A stretch of DNA of 63,670 nt, the filler included, from Saprolegnia diclina VS20 (lineage: Eukaryota), in the NCBI RefSeq assembly GCF_000281045.1. It is 3 parts of 3 records of this genome, joined end to end, with 100 filler letters (N's around TTAATTAATTAA, not from the genome) between each part and the next. Parts side by side here need not be neighbours in the genome. Positions count along the whole stretch, not along the records: positions 57,658 to 63,670 come from NW_008246106.1; 2 more parts are not named here. One strand, 5' to 3'. Shown here one piece after another: positions 58,046 through 63,670 of this stretch. Made by a program: the position numbers and the translations under genes. The notes beneath the pieces are model-generated. The model saw only the letters and a program-made list of their open reading frames with translations, had not been told where the DNA came from and ran no database searches. The number at the start of each line of letters is the position of its first letter. Positions within the stretch are counted from its first letter, which is position 1.

Positions 58046-59914
58046 ATGGACATGCAAGTGAAGCCTGCGCACAAGGCGCGGCGCTTTGTCCGACAAGGCG
58101 TTTTGCTCTCACTGCTCTACTTTGCATTTGCATCGCTTGTTGCTGTCACGACGTACCAGCTCAGTACGCTCGCCAACACGTCGGTATTTATGGGCCTCAA
58201 CGTGGCTACGTACACGACCAACAAGTTTGCGATCCCCATCACCGTGCTGCTGCAAGGGACGACGACGTTGCAGCTCTCGGCTCCACTGCCTTTCGAAGCC
58301 AAGCTCTCGCTGACCACGCTCGTGTACGCGGCGTGCAGCAAGCGCAACACGACGTGTGCCAACGGATTTCAGAGCACGAGCGACCAACTGTGGGGTCACG
58401 TGGCCAAAACCCTCGCGCTCATCCCAGATTTGGACGACCCGCTCTTCGCAGACCCGACGCAGACGGTCACGGTCCAGCACATCAACAACCTGAGTGGCTG
58501 GAACAAACCGATGGCGCAGATCTCGATTCCAGGCCACGACATGGCCATCACGTGCATGATCAAGCGAGCGACCTTCTACCGGTCGTCGGCGCCGCCGTCG
58601 ACGGCCGAGGTCGACTCGATCGCGTTTTGCTCGATGCGCAAGTTTGACCCGAAATGGATCTGCGAGAACGACGCTGCTTTGGACGCCAACACGTACGCGA
58701 TCCGCGCGAGCCAAGGCAAGGCCACGTACCTGGGCGTCGCTCCCCGCAGTGACGTCTACTTGAACCCCGGCTACCTCGCAACGTTTCGCAGCGGAGCCAC
58801 CGCGATGCGGCTCACGACCTTGACGTTCTACGACGAGTACCAGCGTGGCATTCTCCGGACGCTCGCGCCGTGGGACGTGCTGCCAGAGTCGAGTTGCGCG
58901 GCGCTGAACACGGACACGGGTCTTGGCTGGCTGCTCCATACCCAAGGACTGGTGACAATGGTCTGGGAGAGCGACGCCCTCATGTTGACCAACAGCGTCG
59001 TGCTTTGGCTGCTGACAGCGTACCTTGTGGCGCTGCAGCTCATGTTTCTGCGGCACAGCGTCGTCTGCAGCGTGTGCGTCTACATGTCCAAGACGGTTGT
59101 GGACCTCGCGATCCTCTTTGTGAGCTTTTACGGCAACGCCAACCTTCAGACGCTCACGACGTACTTGTACAAGCGGCCGAGCGCCGCGACGCCCGTGTAC
59201 TACAAGTGGCTTGGCCCCGCGCAACTCGCATCGGTGGTCGGTATCATGACTGGTCCGCTCATCCAGATGTGGTTCAACCCACGCCTGGTGACGCAGACGT
59301 GGCTGCTAGCGGCGTTTAGCATCGTCAACTGGGTTCTGGTCTTTGTACTCGAAGCATTTGTGTTTCCAGAAATGAGCAAGACGGTGCCAGGACGGTGCGG
59401 GTATGCGACGTCGAGCAACTGCTTTAGCTTTGATGCGATCGACCACACGTACTATCTCTCGGCCGTCGCGTCCGGCGGCGTCATCTTGGTCGCAATTCTC
59501 TGCGTCTACGCGCACTCGGCCTACATGGCCAGAGCGCACAAAGCCTACACTATACCCGCAACCAACTCGGTGCTCCAGTACCTTGAGATCACCGACTTTT
59601 CCAGCATCCTCACGTCGCCGTACGGTCTCCTCGTGACGGCCGACGACGGCAATGTTGGCATTGACAATGGCGTGCTCTTGGTCAAGAACATGCTCCAAGT
59701 CTCGGACGCCGTGCTCACGCGCACGTCCAATGTCCAATACGAACTCGTCTACCGCTTCATTCCAACGAAATTTCTGCGGACGTTCTTTAGCCGCGCGATC
59801 GGCACCGTCCGCGTTGTGTCGATCGACAAAAATCGCATTGTGCGCCACTCGAGCTTCAAGTACTTGCACGAGATGGCGCTGACCCAGCGCCCGTACTCGC
59901 CCTACTACACGTGA
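58046..59914 (+). CDS. Lineage-specific multi-pass membrane protein (622 aa): N-terminal TM, large Cys-containing luminal domain, about 5-6 further TMs
   Basis: Intronless ORF with coding-like codon bias and clear hydrophobic segments. No known domain recognised. Confidence 0.8.
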   Translation: MDMQVKPAHKARRFVRQGVLLSLLYFAFASLVAVTTYQLSTLANTSVFMGLNVATYTTNKFAIPITVLLQGTTTLQLSAPLPFEAKLSLTTLVYAACSKRNTTCANGFQSTSDQLWGHVAKTLALIPDLDDPLFADPTQTVTVQHINNLSGWNKPMAQISIPGHDMAITCMIKRATFYRSSAPPSTAEVDSIAFCSMRKFDPKWICENDAALDANTYAIRASQGKATYLGVAPRSDVYLNPGYLATFRSGATAMRLTTLTFYDEYQRGILRTLAPWDVLPESSCAALNTDTGLGWLLHTQGLVTMVWESDALMLTNSVVLWLLTAYLVALQLMFLRHSVVCSVCVYMSKTVVDLAILFVSFYGNANLQTLTTYLYKRPSAATPVYYKWLGPAQLASVVGIMTGPLIQMWFNPRLVTQTWLLAAFSIVNWVLVFVLEAFVFPEMSKTVPGRCGYATSSNCFSFDAIDHTYYLSAVASGGVILVAILCVYAHSAYMARAHKAYTIPATNSVLQYLEITDFSSILTSPYGLLVTADDGNVGIDNGVLLVKNMLQVSDAVLTRTSNVQYELVYRFIPTKFLRTFFSRAIGTVRVVSIDKNRIVRHSSFKYLHEMALTQRPYSPYYT

Positions 59915-60396
59915 AAAGTCGATACAAGTACGGTCGGCGACAAACTGTACATTCGACCCAGAGAGAATACGAAAAATGCATGTGTATACCCCTGCGTCGC
60001 TCTCTAACAAGTGATCGACCACCTGCACAGCAAGATCATGCTCACTGCGTTGCTGACGTTCAGCGCGCTAATCGTCCAGCTGCAGTGGACGCGATATTCC
60101 GGCCGTGGCGCAATGCCGCAAGGGCATGCCATGTTGACGCCCATCAACTACATAGCAGACACGAGCCCAACTGGCCCGACACTAGCACAGGCAACAAAGT
60201 ATTCTGCAATGGCGACAGATAGGACTCGAAGGATCACAACATTCTCTTCACTGGTGCTTGGAGCACCAGCGACACGAGCACTTCAGGTGACAAGTCACAT
60301 GCTTGGGTCAGCTCTTGGGTCCACCGCGCACGGTTTTGGAAGTGGCGGGCGTTTCTGCGCCTTTCCGGACGCGTCAACACGGACCCGAGAAACCAA

Positions 60397-62016
60397 ATGA
60401 GCTACGCATCCGTCGTGCCCGTCTCCGTCACGCCGACACGCACCGAAGTGCGCTGGAACAAGCGGTCCGTCGTCTTGAGTGGGATCATGTTTCTCAACGT
60501 GGCTATCATGTACATCCTGTCACTCTTCCACTTAAGCTAGCACGTTACTCTAGGCCGCTCAAGGCGTACATCTCCGAGCCGTTGCCGTTTGTGTCGTCCA
60601 GCACGACCACGTCGCTGCCTTCGGCGTGTACAGAGCGCAACACAACACTGTGCACCGTGGATTTACTGGCCTTCTTTCGCAACCAAACGATGCGCCCTTC
60701 TTTGCCAGCACATCCTTTGACCTCCACCACGTCTCGTTCTCGAAGCCCCAACATCGCCTCGTCGCCGTCGATCTCCCATACTATGTCATCTACACCAACG
60801 ACCAGACGACATTTGCGCCGGCCTTTGCCGACAATGCATCGGTGCACGTGCCACTGGCAGCATCCGCACGGCTGCTCAACATCCCCATCTTTTATGGTGT
60901 GCTCTGGACTCAACTAGGCAACGACACTGTCGACTATTACATTGGCATTCATCGCGCCTCTGCCTCGACGGCGTGGCTCGTCACGAAGCTCGTGGCGCGC
61001 AGCGTGCTTGCCTTGTATCTTGTCCGATGCACGTGGTACGACTACTACCGCCACTGCTTTGCTCTCGCGAGGAACCTTCGACTGCATGGAATGATGCACC
61101 ACACCAACACTGACGCCAAGGGCGACNNNNNNNNNNNNNNNNNNNNNNNNNNNNNNNNNNNNNNNNNNNNNNNNNNNNNNNNNNNNNNNNNNNNNNNNNN
61201 NNNNNNNNNNNNNNNNNNNNNNNNNNNNNNNNNNNNNNNNNNNNNNNNNNNNNNNNNNNNNNNNNNNNNNNNNNNNNNNNNNNNNNNNNNNNNNNNNNNN
61301 NNNNNNNNNNNNNNNNNNNNNNNNNNNNNNNNNNNNNNNNNNNNNNNNNNNNNNNNNNNNNNNNNNNNNNNNNNNNNNNNNNNNNNNNNNNNNNNNNNNN
61401 NNNNNNNNNNNNNNNNNNNNNNNNNNNNNNNNNNNNNNNNNNNNNNNNNNNNNNNNNNNNNNNNNNNNNNNNNNNNNNNNNNNNNNNNNNNNNNNNNNNN
61501 NNNNNNNNNNNNNNNNNNNNNNNNNNNNNNNNNNNNNNNNNNNNNNNNNNNNNNNNNNNNNNNNNNNNNNNNNNNNNNNNNNNNNNNNNNNNNNNNNNNN
61601 NNNNNNNNNNNNNNNNNNNNNNNNNNNNNNNNNNNNNNNNNNNNNNNNNNNNNNNNNNNNNNNNNNNNNNNNNNNNNNNNNNNNNNNNNNNNNNNNNNNN
61701 NNNNNNNNNNNNNNNNNNNNNNNNNNNNNNNAGAGCGGGCGGCAGTGTCCACTGCCTCTTTGCAACGCGCCCCGAGACCAAAGCGGTCGTTGGCTTGAGT
61801 CAAACCGGCACCGACTGCTTCATCGTGTACCACACGGACGCCAAGACGACCCACTGCGTGCGCGTGAGCCTCTTGCCAAGCATCGATCTGCACCGCCTTC
61901 CCAAAGAAATCAAAACAAAAAAGGACGCGGCGGTTGGGTACGTGGACATGGACGCGAATGAACCGATCATTTGCGTCGGAGCCAACGCGTCGCCGTGGGT
62001 CAGGCAGAGATTTTAA
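60397..62016 (+). pseudogene. Oomycete multi-pass membrane-protein family member with an apparent 13-nt frameshifting deletion; interrupted by gap 61127-61731
   Basis: MSYASVVPV...FLNVAIM|PLKAYISEPLP matches the downstream paralog, including intron position. The frame shifts at about 60688. After the gap it reads GGSVHCLF...TDCFI...RVSLL...GANASPW. Confidence 0.7.
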
Positions 62017-62157
62017 AAATGGCCAACTGCTGTGAATCATTTCCAGCTGTAATTCCATATTCCTGTAAATCGGTATGATGGGGTTAGGTTATTTACGGCT
62101 TTGAAAAATGCCTGCGCACACATGTGATGATGTATTAACTCGTTTACTCGACCTCCA

Positions 62158-62524
62158 GGTCTCGGTCTTGCGCTCACCGCGTCCATTGCACCGTCGTCAC
62201 CGACACACACAATGGAGGCGGAATGCCGTTCTGGACGGCCCCCGAGATGCTCCGGAAAGGCCAAACCTACACGGACAAGGCCGACATGTACTCGTTTGGC
62301 GTCATTTTGATCGAGCTGGAGACGCTGCAGCTGCCGTACGCGACGCAGGACAGTGACGACGGCACCTTTCGTGGCGACGTGCGCGATGGAAGCAGCCGAG
62401 TATCAGCAGCACATGTGCACCGTGGATGCGCGACTTCATTTCTCGCTGCCCTGCGTACAACCCGTCGGAGCGTCCATCAGCCCAAGAGTTTGTCGATTTG
62501 CTACCGGGTCGACCCAAAGACTAG
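62158..62524 (+). pseudogene. Tyrosine-kinase-like (TKL) protein kinase C-lobe fragment with frameshifts
   Basis: GLGLA (DFG remnant), then after a shift GMPFWTAPEML...YTDKADMYSFGVILIELETLQLPY, then after another shift PWMRDFISRC.AYNPSERPSA. The N-lobe is absent. Confidence 0.75.
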
Positions 62525-62866
62525 TTCATTGGTGCCGGATCGATTTCCATCGCGAAAATCGTGGACTCGAACGGCAGTGTGTTCTCCTTCCTTTTGCCCC
62601 GTGGAGCGGCACAAGAAACTCAGAGTTGTTCCGTGCTCGCTGTCCGCTATACGACCGCTCCTCTCACGAATATTGATATCGGCGATGTCATCGCCGTCGA
62701 TAGCATTTTCGCACGCGAAACACCCCAAACGGTATACCGCTTGGGCGGTCGCTGCCATCTTCCAACTTGCTTGGTTCCCGCGCTTTTTTTGTCCGGGTTA
62801 AATTAGCAAGCCGTTACCTTTGCACGTGCGTTGCTGCTGGACTTTTCGTCTCGACTAAAAAGACAG

Positions 62867-63670
62867 ATGCAGTACGCGGCGGTCGTGCCCGCCGCCGTCG
62901 CGCAGCCATCGACTGTGCACTGGAACAAGCGGTCGGTCGTCTTGAGCGCCATCATGTTTCTCAACGTAGCCATCATGTACACATTGTCACTCGTCCGCGC
63001 GACAGGATGTTACTCTATGTCTAGGCCGCTCAAGGCCTACATCTCCGAGCCCTTGCCTTCCTTGTCGAGCGAGAGTAGCACGTCGCTGCCACCGGCGTGT
63101 CGAGAGGGCAACATGGCGGTCTGTACCTCGGACTTGCTAGCTTTTTTTCACAACCAAACCCATCAAGTGGCCAACACGCACTTCTTTGCCAGCACCGCCT
63201 TTGACCTCTACCACGAAACGTTGCCCCAAGCACCCAGCCCTCCGCTCGTCGCCAGCGACCTCCCATACTATGTCATTTACACCTACGACCAGACGAAGTT
63301 TGCGTCTCAATTGGTGGCCAACGCTTCGGTGCCAGCACCGCTGGCAGCCACGTCGCGGCTGCTCAACGTATCCATCTTTTACCACGCCCTCTGGACTCGA
63401 AGACGCAACGACACGTCAGTCGTCGACTACTACGTTGGCATTCACCGCACGACGCCCGTGACAGCGTGGGTCACCTTCAAGCTCGTGGCGCGCTGCGTCC
63501 TAGTCTTGTATCTCGTGCGATGTATGTGGCGCGACTACTACCGCCACTGCCTTACCCTCGCCACCAACCTCCGACTCTATGGAATCGAGAATGCCAAGCA
63601 CCTGTATCTTTTAGTCGGCGATCCCACGAGCCAGATTTTACAGCATCCCGTCGTCCTCGCGGCTTTTGTA
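62867..63670 (+). CDS. Oomycete multi-pass membrane protein, tandem paralog of 60397-62016; runs off the window end
   Basis: MQYAAVVPA...HWNKRSVVLSAIMFLNVAIM, an intron, then PLKAYISEPLP...WRDYYRHC...LVGDPTSQIL; open to the window end. Confidence 0.8.
   Translation, partial: MQYAAVVPAAVAQPSTVHWNKRSVVLSAIMFLNVAIMYTLSLVRATGCYSMSRPLKAYISEPLPSLSSESSTSLPPACREGNMAVCTSDLLAFFHNQTHQVANTHFFASTAFDLYHETLPQAPSPPLVASDLPYYVIYTYDQTKFASQLVANASVPAPLAATSRLLNVSIFYHALWTRRRNDTSVVDYYVGIHRTTPVTAWVTFKLVARCVLVLYLVRCMWRDYYRHCLTLATNLRLYGIENAKHLYLLVGDPTSQILQHPVVLAAFV

Overview
Eukaryotic, GC-rich genomic DNA with very short (about 43-70 nt) GT-AG introns, oomycete INR/FPR-like core promoters and six assembly gaps. It is almost certainly from a Saprolegniales oomycete; the delta-6 desaturase matches my recollection of the Saprolegnia enzyme. 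Recognisable genes, in order: the 3' end of a CBM1 protein, two intact AA15 LPMO genes plus one decayed copy, UGGT, and a delta-6 fatty-acid desaturase. A decayed zone follows (LINE fragment, OPA3 and ankyrin pseudogenes). Then come ADP-dependent glucokinase, a ferric reductase, an SDR-CbiX fusion, MICU, a BLTP2/Hobbit-like gene, a PWWP-TFIIS-domain protein, a PDZ-PDZ-DUSP protein, a METTL21-like methyltransferase, a giant IQ-motif protein and lineage-specific membrane-protein genes. Three elements not called as such by the ORF track stand out: (i) an inverted pair of 49-aa, 12-Cys metallothionein-like genes that differ only at synonymous sites and share promoter footprints; (ii) a 3-exon CHY zinc-finger gene with a ~21-bp-phased GTTAGT array upstream; (iii) a 35-bp near-perfect pre-miRNA-like hairpin between the ferric reductase and CHY genes. 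Functional calls rest on motifs recognised by eye; no searches were run.
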